A stretch of DNA of 64,000 nt from the NCBI GenBank assembly GCA_041661265.1, contig JBAZUT010000001.1, positions 129,854 through 193,853 on the forward strand, written 5' to 3'. Below are positions 1 through 10,179 of this stretch, one piece after another (position 1 is the first letter of the stretch; the number at the start of each line of letters is the position of its first letter). This DNA is from Minisyncoccota bacterium. GTDB taxonomy: Bacteria; Patescibacteriota; Minisyncoccia; JAHIHE01; JAGLIN01. A program made the translations under genes and the position numbers. The notes beneath the pieces were generated by a model. The model saw only the letters and a list, made by a program, of their open reading frames with translations. It had not been told where the DNA came from and did not search any database.

Positions 1-129
1 ATCTCCTTGATCACAAAACCATCTTCCCGGACGCGAATCAAAGAATCAAGAAGTTCTTTTATATTGGCTTCTTCGTTATAGGCAGGCACACCTATTGTTA
101 CGGTAATGTCTTTATTATTTTCAGGCATA
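1..129 (-). CDS. glycosyltransferase family 2, N-terminal fragment (gene continues past window start)
   Basis: Reverse complement of 1-129 reads MPENNKDITVTIGVPAYNEEANIKELLDSLIRVREDGFVIKEI, a typical GT2 N-terminus. It is absent from the ORF track because the window edge truncates it. Confidence 0.5.
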
Positions 130-160
130 TAGTTTTTTATCTAAATATATTATCTGCATA

Positions 161-3100
161 TCACAATACGCGATTTTTGTAAAAGGCGAGTTCATCTTTT
201 ATACGCCGGATCTGCAAACTTGATATGATCGCAAAAAATAGCTTGCTGCTCTTCGCCCAGTCAAAATTTTCCGCCCATAACCGGCCCCGGATGCCCATTC
301 TCCTGCGAAGTTTATTGTCCTGTATTATCTTATGGATACAGTCCGCAAAAGATCCTATATCTCCATAGCACGCCAAATATCCCGTTTCGAAATTCTTTAC
401 CGAATCTCTCAGTCCCGGCACGTCGGACGCAACGACCGGAGTTCCGCAGGCTCCGGCTTCGATCGCCACGATCCCCCATCCTTCCATAAACGAAGGATTA
501 ACCAGCACCCATGCCTTCTGCAGCAGTGATATCTTTTCTCTCTCGGAAACTTTCCCCGCGAATCGAACCGTCTTTCCATCCAAACGCAATTTTTTTACCA
601 GTCTTTTTAATTTTCCCTCTTCTTCTCCGCTCCCGGCTATGACCAGCGAAACGTTCGAATCTTTCCTGGATATCACTTCAAATGCCCTGATGAGAATATC
701 GACTGATTTATATGCTTTCAGCCTTCCGAGATACAGAATGACCGGCCTCTCGCTTTTCTTGCCCGGCATAAGGCATTTGAGTTCGATCCCCGGATTTACA
801 ATGTTAATACCGGCTTTTCCAAGTCCCAGCGACTCGATCTCTTTTTTGCTTGATTCGGATATCGTTATGAAAGGAACTTTTTTATAAACGGCCGGCATCA
901 GAACCTTTTCCAAAAAACATGCTAGAGCCGAAAGATGTTTGCTTAAAGACAACCTGAACACTTCCTGGTGAACATGATGCATAAGACAAAACACCGGTTC
1001 TCTGGCATAAAGAGGAGCGAAAAACGGAATCCCGTTCTCGCAATCGATGATCACATCGAATTTTCCCCTGAAACGCAAAATATAATAGACAAAAGCCCAG
1101 AAATAAACAAAGTAGAATCCGCCTCGCCTGATTATCTCAACTCCGCCCACCTTTTCACTTCTCGGCGAGTGGCTGTCGTTCCCGCAAAATATAGTGACCC
1201 TATGGCCATCTTCAACCCAATTTTCAGCGATCTTCTGTATATAGACCTCGGCTCCGCCGGCATACTCATGGCGCGTATCCCTCCAATTATAGATCAGGAT
1301 CTTTTTTTGGTCTCCGCCGGTAGGACCGACGCTCGGATAGCCGCTCTTGAAAACATCGGCCAGATCGTTCAGGTTGTTCCTTATGAACTTAGCCCTGCCC
1401 TCAAGAACGCTCATCGCCTCCATCAGGACCCACCCGAAACAGCTTGACCAGAAGATCACCGCAACAACATCCCGGATAGAATTGTGGTAAAGCGACAGAC
1501 CCAGAACCATTCCCAGCGGGATCATAATCGACATGAAGGAATAAATGTATCTCTTTCTGGCCAGATGATAGGTCACTATAACATTCGTAATTACGAGAAG
1601 CAGAACCGAAATGGCGTAGATATTGAGATATGGCAATATTCCCGAAACTTTCGGTCCGAAGATCCCCGGTACAGTAACCCTTCCCATGACTCCCAGAAAA
1701 AATACCCCCAAGATCGATAATAAGAACGAAGAGATATATACCAGCGAGAAGATCTTTTTGGAATCTTTTTTCTGCCCCATATTCCTGCTGACAAGCGGGA
1801 TCAGGAATACAATGGGAAGCGTTCCCATGAAATAGATCATCTTTCCGACAAAAGACAGCATGACATATTCCCCGGCCATCCGCTCGGGCAGATAATGCTT
1901 AACAAGTATTATATCCATGCTGAAGAACAGCATCATGGAAATTCCGGCAGCAAGAGATGAGAGATAGAACTTTTTCGGAAAATTTAATTTTATCTTTTCC
2001 GGGACAAAATTATTCTTTCTTTTGATGAAATACGAAGACACAATCGCGGCCGCCATGATCGAGAAAGGGATCGCGGCATAGACCCAGCCCGATGCCCCGG
2101 AATAAACAAGGATCATAGCGAAAAGAAGTTTGGAGATCGGTTCAACGGCCATAACAACTGCGGCCGAAGAAAAATAAAGATTTCCCTGCAAGAATCCGCT
2201 GTTGGAAGCCGAAATTATCCCGAATATAAAAACGGGCGCAAAGAGCAATAGAACATAATGGTCTTTGATATTGAAAAATTCTGACAGGAATTGTCCCGCG
2301 ATCACCCACGCAAACGCGGCGATCAGAGACAGAAGCACCCCCCTACTTTTCACGAATTCCAGGAACATGACGCTCGATTCTTTTTTTCCCGAACTGGAAA
2401 GATATCCAGTTTCGGAGTTAACTGTTGACGACAAGGCACTGGTGAATATGGAAACCAGATACCAGAGCGAACTTACCAGAGTCACCAGTGCAAGATTTTC
2501 AAACGATAGCGCCCTCCCCAGAAATATATTAAAGATGAAATTGATCACATTGGAAAACATTATTGCCGCAATAAATATATTTTTGGGCTCAAACAGCATC
2601 TTCCAATATCCGCCAAGCGGCACTTTTCTCCAACTGAATCCCCGCTTTCTTTTTCTTCCGGCAGAAAGATCCGCCGCCGCCGGCTTTTCCGGCAAAAGCG
2701 ATCCATGATCCATCCCGGCATATTCCGGATGCGGAACTTTTTCCCAATTGAATGCAGGCGCTGTTTTCCTTGCGACAGGCAAAATCTCCCGAGGGGCTTC
2801 CGCCGTCTTTTTCAAAAGATGCAGTCCATGATTCGTTTTCTCCCAAAAGTGCGGCTTCATGATCAGCTGGTAGACCGCAATCACGGACGCGACGCTCATC
2901 AGAGCCCAATAGAACGGAACTAAAAAGACATATTTGATGAGCAACCACTGTCCGCGCTTGGCGCACCCGATCATGTAATAATACATGGCAAGGAAATTTC
3001 CGAAAACAAGGGAGGTTGCCGCCATAAAGAATATCACTGACGGATACAGTTTCTCGATCATCGGTCCGACCAGACCGTATAAAGCGAAATAGGAAAAGGT

Positions 3101-5032
3101 CGCCATCCACAAAATAGGATTAATAAAAATGAAAACAGTTTTTCCTCCGACAACAAGCTGGAAGATGAGAGCATGAACTCCGTTCTCGCGGAAAAAATCC
3201 ATAGGATGGCGCATATGCACCAGATAGGTCTGAATATAGCCTTTGATCCACCGCGACCGCTGTCTAAGCCAGTTCTTCAGATCGCTGTTCGCCTCTTCGA
3301 GAGTCACCGAATCTATAATGGTTGTTGTAAAACCATTTTTGAATATCCTCATTCCCAGATCGCAATCTTCCGTCACATTAAAAGGATCCCAGCCTTCAAG
3401 TTCAAGAAGGTCTTTCGTCCGGAAATGGTTGCTGGTTCCGCCAAGCGGGATGGAAGTGTTGATCGACTGCAGCCCCGGCAGGATCATATCGAACCAAAGA
3501 GAATATTCCACTGTGAAAAGCTTGGTCAGCAAATTCTGATTAGGATTGAAGTAATTGAGCTTGGCCTGCAGGCATCCGACCGACCGCGGAACTTTCTTGA
3601 AACCCAGATATGCTTTTTTGAGCTGCAAGGGATCGGGAATGTCTTCCGCATCGTATATTACCGTATATTCTCCTCTGGCAAAAGCCAGACCATAGTTGCA
3701 GGCTTTCGGCTTGGTCTTGGGAAGGGACTCGGGAACCACGATGATCCGCACCTGCGGCGGAAGGCCCATGTGTTCGGCCGTTTCGATGGTCGCCTTGTCG
3801 CTCTCCTCCAAGAGAAGCAAGATATCGAGCTTATCTTTCGGCCAATCGAGCTTTCCGATCGCATCCAGAAATCCCGGCAGCATATGCGCCTCCTTATAAA
3901 GCGGACAAAAAATTGTATAAACCGGAAGGGATTCTTTTTCCAACTCGTCCATCTCCCATTTTTCACTCTTTATTTCCGGAGGATCCTTCAGGCTTCTCAT
4001 GACAAGATAAAGATTGAATACTGTGTCAAGAAAGTAAATTGCGCTCAGCAGAGCAACGACCACCGAAAGGATCCCGATCGGATCGATATACAAGCCGGTC
4101 AAAAAGACAGCTATCGCCAATAAAGCGACGTTCCTCTGCCATGGAACAAAAGTTATAGCGGCTGAATATTTCTGATCCAGAGTTGTGTGAGTGATGAAGC
4201 GTTTTTTGCTGAAAGCCACCCCGGCGCCCATCATGGCAGATCCTTTTTTCGGAAAGATCGCGATCTGAGGTATTTTTTTGAATTTCAACTTTATGGCATT
4301 GGATCCGATCTCATATATGGCTTTTTGGAATTCTATCTTTGACTTTCCCTGCTTCCGGCTCGCAAAATCAATATCAACGCTTCCGATCATATATCCGTAA
4401 AATCTTGCCTTAAGTAAAAATTCAAGATCAAAGGTCCAGGGGGAAGGATCTATCTTGATCTCTTTGACAACCTCCTTTTTGAAAACTTTCATTCCGGCCT
4501 GCACGTCAAAATCAAATCCGTGCAACATTTTGGAGAAAAATAAATTGAAACCCCCGCTTATTATCCGCCGAACGGGGCTTATCGACCTCATGGTGCGATT
4601 TACCACGACGACATCACAGCCCGCTCTTATTTTTTCAACCATGTCGGGCAAAGCCTCGGGGGGATATTGGAGATCGGCGTCGAGGATCGCGATCAGGTCA
4701 AAATTAGCATAGGAAAAACCCTCGAGCAAAGAATGGGCCTTGCCCCTTTTGCCAAGCTTCGAATACAGGATGATCGGATAGCTGGCCGACAGCTGCCTGA
4801 TCATTTCACATGTGCCATCCGAAGAATGGTCATCGATGAATATGATCTCATAGACGATACCCGCCTTTTTCAAGGCACTATGAATGCGGCAGGCCAGTTC
4901 ATGAACATTGCCTTCTTCATTCAGAGTCGGAATTATTATTGATATGGAGTTGGAATTCATCGCTTCGGTATTATTGATAACTTTTTGCTTTCTGCAATAC
5001 ATCAAACACGACCATCTTGCATATTCCGTCAT
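161..5032 (-). CDS. multidomain polysaccharide synthase: GT2 (DPM1-like) + processive GT2 (QRxRW) + Wzx/MOP-like polytopic flippase domain + GT4
   Basis: 1623-aa ORF. The N-terminus has IIIPTLNEEGNV...DDHSSDGT...DADLQYPPE (GT2). A second GT2 has DAEDIPDP and a QRSRW motif. A central block of about 600 aa holds hydrophobic helices typical of polysaccharide-biosynthesis (Wzx) exporters. The C-terminus has a GT4 signature EGWGIVAIEAGACGTPVVASDVPG. Confidence 0.8.
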   Translation of the reverse strand: MTEYARWSCLMYCRKQKVINNTEAMNSNSISIIIPTLNEEGNVHELACRIHSALKKAGIVYEIIFIDDHSSDGTCEMIRQLSASYPIILYSKLGKRGKAHSLLEGFSYANFDLIAILDADLQYPPEALPDMVEKIRAGCDVVVVNRTMRSISPVRRIISGGFNLFFSKMLHGFDFDVQAGMKVFKKEVVKEIKIDPSPWTFDLEFLLKARFYGYMIGSVDIDFASRKQGKSKIEFQKAIYEIGSNAIKLKFKKIPQIAIFPKKGSAMMGAGVAFSKKRFITHTTLDQKYSAAITFVPWQRNVALLAIAVFLTGLYIDPIGILSVVVALLSAIYFLDTVFNLYLVMRSLKDPPEIKSEKWEMDELEKESLPVYTIFCPLYKEAHMLPGFLDAIGKLDWPKDKLDILLLLEESDKATIETAEHMGLPPQVRIIVVPESLPKTKPKACNYGLAFARGEYTVIYDAEDIPDPLQLKKAYLGFKKVPRSVGCLQAKLNYFNPNQNLLTKLFTVEYSLWFDMILPGLQSINTSIPLGGTSNHFRTKDLLELEGWDPFNVTEDCDLGMRIFKNGFTTTIIDSVTLEEANSDLKNWLRQRSRWIKGYIQTYLVHMRHPMDFFRENGVHALIFQLVVGGKTVFIFINPILWMATFSYFALYGLVGPMIEKLYPSVIFFMAATSLVFGNFLAMYYYMIGCAKRGQWLLIKYVFLVPFYWALMSVASVIAVYQLIMKPHFWEKTNHGLHLLKKTAEAPREILPVARKTAPAFNWEKVPHPEYAGMDHGSLLPEKPAAADLSAGRKRKRGFSWRKVPLGGYWKMLFEPKNIFIAAIMFSNVINFIFNIFLGRALSFENLALVTLVSSLWYLVSIFTSALSSTVNSETGYLSSSGKKESSVMFLEFVKSRGVLLSLIAAFAWVIAGQFLSEFFNIKDHYVLLLFAPVFIFGIISASNSGFLQGNLYFSSAAVVMAVEPISKLLFAMILVYSGASGWVYAAIPFSIMAAAIVSSYFIKRKNNFVPEKIKLNFPKKFYLSSLAAGISMMLFFSMDIILVKHYLPERMAGEYVMLSFVGKMIYFMGTLPIVFLIPLVSRNMGQKKDSKKIFSLVYISSFLLSILGVFFLGVMGRVTVPGIFGPKVSGILPYLNIYAISVLLLVITNVIVTYHLARKRYIYSFMSIMIPLGMVLGLSLYHNSIRDVVAVIFWSSCFGWVLMEAMSVLEGRAKFIRNNLNDLADVFKSGYPSVGPTGGDQKKILIYNWRDTRHEYAGGAEVYIQKIAENWVEDGHRVTIFCGNDSHSPRSEKVGGVEIIRRGGFYFVYFWAFVYYILRFRGKFDVIIDCENGIPFFAPLYAREPVFCLMHHVHQEVFRLSLSKHLSALACFLEKVLMPAVYKKVPFITISESSKKEIESLGLGKAGINIVNPGIELKCLMPGKKSERPVILYLGRLKAYKSVDILIRAFEVISRKDSNVSLVIAGSGEEEGKLKRLVKKLRLDGKTVRFAGKVSEREKISLLQKAWVLVNPSFMEGWGIVAIEAGACGTPVVASDVPGLRDSVKNFETGYLACYGDIGSFADCIHKIIQDNKLRRRMGIRGRLWAENFDWAKSSKLFFAIISSLQIRRIKDELAFYKNRVL

Positions 5033-5328
5033 GAGATAAACGTCCTATATCAAAAAAGGCTCGTAGCTACTAACCACCATTTAAGTGGCTAGAAATTACA
5101 AGCCCTCAGTTGGCTGTCATCCCGAATTTTCGGGATTCAGTTGGCTGCTAGGCAGTTTCGATATAACCGGAAATCGCCCGAAGTAGTTTTAAATATAACA
5201 GATTCAGTATATACGTGTCAATTCCAAACTGTTGACAAAAAACAGGGTAAAAATGACCGATGAACGATCACTTCCCCCTGCCTGATTCCAATAAATATGC
5301 CTGCCTCGCAAAGATTGGGATCCTTTAA

Positions 5329-6318
5329 TCAGACCCTGTCATATTGATCCAATATCCTGATGGTGTCATCAAGATGAGGAGTCGAATACTCATGCAGTAT
5401 CGTATTTTCAAGCGCAAATATGGCATGAGGCGTATTCGGTTTTATCCTGATCTTTTCATTCACCTTTAAATTGACTTCACTATCGTCGAATCTTACGACC
5501 GCTTCACCCTGCACTATATGCATCGTTTCGTCTTTCTTGAGATGCTTGTGATGCGATGTTCCTTCGCTTTTCATAAGATAGAGTTCCTTTGTCAGATAGT
5601 TTTCCGTATAGACCAATATCTTTTCATATCCCCAAGGCTTATCTTCTTTGTTCTCATATTCCTTTTTGACGATCTCAAGATCCTTGATAGAATCGACGGA
5701 TTGCCAAAAAACATCTTCTTTATAGAAATTCAAGAGTCCCGAAGAAGATATTTTGGGGAATGCGAGCTTCTCTATATCCCCTTCTTCATGTTGGAACAGA
5801 ATAGGCTTCAGCTCTTTGGATATTATATATATTCCCGCATTGATAAAATTGCTGAGCTTCGGTTTTTCTCTGAATCCTATGATCTTGCTCTCGGAAAGCT
5901 CCACTATCCCATAAGGGGAGATCAGCGGCGTTATGTACATCAGCATCTTATTCTTGTGATTATTCATCATCTCTTTAATATTCACATCGCAGACGATATC
6001 GCCGTTCCTTATGACATAATCATCGGAATCGAAATTTTTGAAGAGATTGTTGATGGCATAAAGGGTCCCGCGAGGCCTGTCTTCCACGAGATAGTCCACC
6101 TTCACTCCGTTCCAACAGCTCTGGAATCTTTCCTTTATTTTTTCATGCAGGTGACCGCAAAGAAGCACAGCCCTGTCGATGCCGGCATGCTTGAATTGCA
6201 GAAGCTGCCTGTCCAGGATCGTATAATTGTCTTTTATTTCGAGAAGCGGCTTGGGAATATGGTCCGTAAGCGGCTTCAGCCTTTTCCCGAAACCTCCGCA
6301 TAATATCGCCCCTATCAT
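5329..6318 (-). CDS. sugar-phosphate nucleotidyltransferase with C-terminal cupin domain (ManC-like mannose-1-phosphate guanylyltransferase / type II PMI-like)
   Basis: N-terminus MIGAILCGGFGKRLKPLT is a G-rich NTP-transferase loop. The C-terminal part (KPWGYEKIL...HKHLKKDETMHIVQGEAVV) resembles a cupin_2 barrel. Its start overlaps the GtrA stop by 4 bp. Confidence 0.75.
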   Translation of the reverse strand: MIGAILCGGFGKRLKPLTDHIPKPLLEIKDNYTILDRQLLQFKHAGIDRAVLLCGHLHEKIKERFQSCWNGVKVDYLVEDRPRGTLYAINNLFKNFDSDDYVIRNGDIVCDVNIKEMMNNHKNKMLMYITPLISPYGIVELSESKIIGFREKPKLSNFINAGIYIISKELKPILFQHEEGDIEKLAFPKISSSGLLNFYKEDVFWQSVDSIKDLEIVKKEYENKEDKPWGYEKILVYTENYLTKELYLMKSEGTSHHKHLKKDETMHIVQGEAVVRFDDSEVNLKVNEKIRIKPNTPHAIFALENTILHEYSTPHLDDTIRILDQYDRV

Positions 6319-6779
6319 ACTGTTTGTTCATTAACCTGTGGATTAGTAAAGACTTGATTCTTGTAGTTATAGTAATTTATGAATGCTGCCAGGACCGTTG
6401 CCGTCAGTTTTGAAACATTAAGCCAAACGATGCTTGAGAATTGGTCCTGATGGACAAACTCCGTAAAAAAATACACAAACGCCAGATTCGCGGCCACTCC
6501 CACAATACTGAGCTTCAGATATTTTCTGTATTTCGCGTCCTTGCTGTTCCACTTGAAAGTCCAGTTCTTGTTCATGTGATAGCTGTTGACATTCGCCACA
6601 AGGAACGATATGACGCTGAATACCGCCGCATATGCACCCTTGTTTATCCCGGTCGAAACGCTCAAAAGGTTCAATATCGCGAAATCTATGCAAGTGCTGG
6701 TCAGCCCGACCACAGAAAATTTGAATAGTCTTTTAAAATTTATGTGTTTTAGCTTCAGCAGATGTTTATTTATCTTCAT
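6315..6779 (-). CDS. GtrA-family membrane protein (polysaccharide-synthesis-associated small flippase-like)
   Basis: 154 aa with about 4 TM helices. The N-terminus (FKFSVVGLTSTCIDFAILNLL) is GtrA-like. Translationally coupled to both neighbours. Confidence 0.65.
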   Translation of the reverse strand: MKINKHLLKLKHINFKRLFKFSVVGLTSTCIDFAILNLLSVSTGINKGAYAAVFSVISFLVANVNSYHMNKNWTFKWNSKDAKYRKYLKLSIVGVAANLAFVYFFTEFVHQDQFSSIVWLNVSKLTATVLAAFINYYNYKNQVFTNPQVNEQTV

Positions 6780-7590
6780 TTTGTTTTTTTTCTGATCCTA
6801 TTAAATGTTCCCACTTTTTATTTAAATAGTATCCATAGATTTTGCCTTGTCTTGAAAGCGCAGGAAAAAGATCTCGCTCCAGGCTTCTGTATCCTTCTTT
6901 CGAAACGATCGAACACACTTTCGGTTCCATCAGATAGATCCCTGCATTTATGAGATAGGATTCCACTTTACCGGAATCCGGCTTTTCGATGAAATCAACA
7001 ATCCGGTTTCCGTTCAGCTTGATCGAACCGAAAGAACGCGGGTCTTTTTTGCTCGTCATACAGATAGTGCAGTCTCCTCCGTTCTTTCTGTGAAATTCAA
7101 AGATCTCATCGATCCTGGCCTCACAGAGAACGTCTCCGTTCACCAGAATAAATGTCTCGCCCATAGCGCCTCTCAGATATTTCAATGACCCTGCCGTACC
7201 CGAATCCGATGATTCGTAGGATATCTTGAGGCCGGGATCTTCCCGGCTTTCTATGTGTTTCTTTATCGCCTCGGAAAATTTTCCCGCAAATATTATCACC
7301 TCTTCAATTCCTTCTCTCTTCAGCCACTTGAGCATGCGGTCTATTATCGGCTGCCCCTCATATTCGGCCATGGCCTTGGATGTGATCGTTGTTTTTCCAT
7401 TTAAGCATATTCCTTTTCCCCCCGCAAGTATCACCGCGATCCTTATCTTTTTTTGCCTCAGATTCTTCAAAAGATAGTATTCAATAGCATGCGATCTGTT
7501 CTTTATCTTTACGCCGTCTATCAGCCTGTCCAGATTTGCGAGCAGCTTCTCGTCCAGCGTTATTGTTATTCTTGACTTATTTCGTGCCAT
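6766..7590 (-). CDS. ribbon-helix-helix (NikR/CopG-like) domain fused to a sugar-phosphate nucleotidyltransferase
   Basis: N-terminus RITITLDEKLLANLDRLIDGVKIKNRSHAIEYYL matches the RHH beta-strand plus helix pattern of NikR/CopG. This is followed by IRIAVILAGGKGICL...QPIIDRMLKWL (NTP_transferase). Confidence 0.65.
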   Translation of the reverse strand: MARNKSRITITLDEKLLANLDRLIDGVKIKNRSHAIEYYLLKNLRQKKIRIAVILAGGKGICLNGKTTITSKAMAEYEGQPIIDRMLKWLKREGIEEVIIFAGKFSEAIKKHIESREDPGLKISYESSDSGTAGSLKYLRGAMGETFILVNGDVLCEARIDEIFEFHRKNGGDCTICMTSKKDPRSFGSIKLNGNRIVDFIEKPDSGKVESYLINAGIYLMEPKVCSIVSKEGYRSLERDLFPALSRQGKIYGYYLNKKWEHLIGSEKKQNEDK

Positions 7591-7756
7591 AGATTAAATT
7601 TATCTTAATGTCATACTTTGTCATACTATTGTAACATAGTTCAATAAGTATGCAAACACGAAACTTATCCACACAGAACGAGATTGATTATTTATTATTT
7701 ACGATCTAAAAAAACAGGAAATACCTGTTTTTTATTGATATTATATATAACGATCT

Positions 7757-9121
7757 CTAACCCTCGATTATCCTTGAAACTTTCTCGATCCCCTCTTTCC
7801 TGAGCTTCTCGCTTTTTGCTTCAAGATTCAGCCTGATGACAGGTTCGGTGTTCGACCCTCTGACATTGAACCACCAATCCGGATATGTGACCGTTATTCC
7901 GTCAAGCTTTCCGATCTCGGCATCAGAGAACTTGCTCTCGATCTCCTTCAGCTTGTCGGGAACGCTTTTCACCTTGAAATTGACCTCTCCGGAATGGAAA
8001 TATATCTTGTAGGGTTTCATGATCTCGGAAAAAGGCGCGTCTTTTCCGGAAAGATATCTCAAAAATTTGGCAACCAGGATCACCGGCATTTCAAACGTGC
8101 CATAGGGCCTCCTGTAGGCATAGTGCCCGGAAGATTCCCCGCCGAATACCGCATTGTTCCTTATCATCATCGCCTTTATGAGCGAGTGTCCCACCGGAGT
8201 GACCACGGACTTTCCGCCCATTTCATCGATCATGTCTTTCGTGATCCTTCCCGGCCTTATATCATAGCAAACCAGGGCTTCCGGATCTTCTTTCAGCTCT
8301 TCCTGCGCCATGATCCCCCTCAAGATCTCCTGTCTCAGCGATTCCCCTTTTTCATCTACAAGGAAATATCTGTCTCCGTCACCGTCGGATGCAATGCCGA
8401 AATCAGCTTTGGTCTCAACCACTTTTTTCTTCAAGAGGACAAGGTTCTCTTCCTTCAGCGGATCGGCTTCATGCGAAGGAAAAGAACCATCAAGCTCGAA
8501 ATTTAGCTTGACGATATCCGCCGGAACTTTTTCAAAAAATGCTTCCATGTCCGGGGCTCCCATGGAATTTGCTGCGTCAATGACGATCTTATATTTTTTC
8601 AGCTTGGAGATATTCACAAGAGAGGTTTGATCTTTGACCAGATCTTCCATGATCCCGGTTTTTTTTGAAACGCTTCCTTTCTTATCGGACGAAACATACC
8701 TGTTTTTTTCAATGATATCCAGCATTTCCATGATCCCGGAATCTTTGCTTACAGGAAGCGCCTTTGCTTTCACCAACTTGAAGCCGTTATATTCCTTGGG
8801 ATTATGAGACGCCGATACCTGGATCCCTCCGTCATATCCGTAATATGCCACCGCAAAATAGAATGTCGGAGTGCTGACCAGCCCGACATCAATGACATTA
8901 AGCCCGCTATCAACAAGCCCGCTTATCAGCTTTTCCTTGAGCGCCGGACTCGACAATCTCATATCGCAACCAACCACTATGTTCTTTGTTTTCGGATTTT
9001 CTCCGAGAATGAAAGTCGCATACCCCTTTCCAATCCTATAGGCCACATCCTCATCAAGCTGCGACGGATAGATCCCTCTTATGTCATACGCCTTAAATAT
9101 TGATCGGTCCACTTGATTCAT
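7757..9121 (-). CDS. phosphomannomutase/phosphoglucomutase (alpha-D-phosphohexomutase)
   Basis: Active-site motif SASHNPKEYNGFKL. 454 aa, a typical PGM/PMM length. Confidence 0.9.
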   Translation of the reverse strand: MNQVDRSIFKAYDIRGIYPSQLDEDVAYRIGKGYATFILGENPKTKNIVVGCDMRLSSPALKEKLISGLVDSGLNVIDVGLVSTPTFYFAVAYYGYDGGIQVSASHNPKEYNGFKLVKAKALPVSKDSGIMEMLDIIEKNRYVSSDKKGSVSKKTGIMEDLVKDQTSLVNISKLKKYKIVIDAANSMGAPDMEAFFEKVPADIVKLNFELDGSFPSHEADPLKEENLVLLKKKVVETKADFGIASDGDGDRYFLVDEKGESLRQEILRGIMAQEELKEDPEALVCYDIRPGRITKDMIDEMGGKSVVTPVGHSLIKAMMIRNNAVFGGESSGHYAYRRPYGTFEMPVILVAKFLRYLSGKDAPFSEIMKPYKIYFHSGEVNFKVKSVPDKLKEIESKFSDAEIGKLDGITVTYPDWWFNVRGSNTEPVIRLNLEAKSEKLRKEGIEKVSRIIEG

Positions 9122-9752
9122 ATGCTTCGCTTATTTTTTTAATTATTTTCTTCACGTCGGAAAAATTCTTCGCCACATAATCGGTTTTTTCCGATTTGAT
9201 CTTTACATGCCCGCCCCTAGGCCTCTCCATTTTGATCGTGACCACATCCGGAAACTTTTCTTTGACCTTGTCGATCTCCACAGCTTTGTCGTCTATGAAA
9301 ACAATCAGATCTTCCGGATTGCCCCTGTAGATGTTCTCCAGATAGACCACCTTGTCCTTATCAGTTATATGGACCTTGTCGAAAAAATTGCCTATATTCG
9401 CGTTGTCGATCTTTCTCTTCTGGAAATCGGTCGAACCGAAAGAAAGAAGAATAAGCTCCTTCCGGAGACGTTCATTGGCGAACTTCTTGAAATCGGGATA
9501 AACAAACTCCTCCGACCTCTCGATCAGGGAATCGATCTCACTCACAACCTCCTCTTTGTCAAAAGGTTTCAGCTGAAAAAAAAGATCAACTACGACCTTC
9601 TGATCGAAATCTTTCATTTTTTCCTTCGATTTCCTGTATATTTCCCTGAATTCATCCGACGTAAATCCCACTCTCTTAAAATGTTCAATTATCTCTTGCA
9701 CGAACATATAGGTATCGAAGATAGTATCATCGAAATCTATTACGATTTTCAT
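9093..9752 (-). CDS. HAD-superfamily hydrolase (putative sugar-phosphate phosphatase)
   Basis: Motif I is KIVIDFDDTIF (DxDxT). Motif II is LLSFGS. Motif IV is FIDDK. Overlaps the PMM gene by 29 bp, so it is probably co-transcribed. Confidence 0.7.
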   Translation of the reverse strand: MKIVIDFDDTIFDTYMFVQEIIEHFKRVGFTSDEFREIYRKSKEKMKDFDQKVVVDLFFQLKPFDKEEVVSEIDSLIERSEEFVYPDFKKFANERLRKELILLSFGSTDFQKRKIDNANIGNFFDKVHITDKDKVVYLENIYRGNPEDLIVFIDDKAVEIDKVKEKFPDVVTIKMERPRGGHVKIKSEKTDYVAKNFSDVKKIIKKISEAYESSGPINI

Positions 9753-9920
9753 TCTTTTGGATTAATTTTATTAATATCGATAAGAAATTGGCCACCAAGC
9801 CATAACACCGGCCGGATATTACACCGTAATTGTAGCATAAACCCGCATATTTTAAAAGCAATCGGCTCTCAAAATAGCTTTATTTCCCGCAAAACATCTC
9901 GCATCAGCAAAAAAATAGGA

Positions 9921-9949
9921 TTGACGAAGGCGGCTTTTTCATGTAGAAT
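9921..9949 (+). promoter_or_regulatory. sigma70-type promoter TTGACG-17bp-TAGAAT
   Basis: ttgacg (9921-9926), an exact 17-nt spacer, then tagaat (9944-9949). It sits upstream of an RBS (ggaggtc) and a small ORF. Confidence 0.55.
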
Positions 9950-9978
9950 TGCATGAAGTGGGACCAGGAGGTCAAAAA

Positions 9979-10179
9979 ATGTTCAAAAAAATAAACATAC
10001 TAACCAACGTAGCTGCAGTTGGAATCATAATTTTATCGATCCTATACGGAAACAACATCAAGGACGGCGCTGCCTTCCCTCTAATGGGGGTAACCGCCAT
10101 AGCTTGGTTCGTCGCAGTATTCTGCAGTCACCGAAAAACGGTAAAAAAAAGAAGGTTAATATCGAGGAATAATATTTAA
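9979..10179 (+). CDS. small membrane protein (2 TM helices), hypothetical
   Basis: MFKKINILTNVAAVGIIILSILYG...AIAWFVAVFCSHRKTVKKRRL. A GGAGG RBS lies 7 nt upstream of this ATG. A longer ORF from 9949 is possible. Confidence 0.45.
   Translation: MFKKINILTNVAAVGIIILSILYGNNIKDGAAFPLMGVTAIAWFVAVFCSHRKTVKKRRLISRNNI

Noticed and set aside
2265-4942. Multiple plus-strand ORFs (for example 3173-4123, 316 aa) inside the 1623-aa glycosyltransferase gene
   Set aside because: They are embedded in a long, motif-rich minus-strand CDS. Their products are Arg/low-complexity rich, which is typical of spurious antisense frames.
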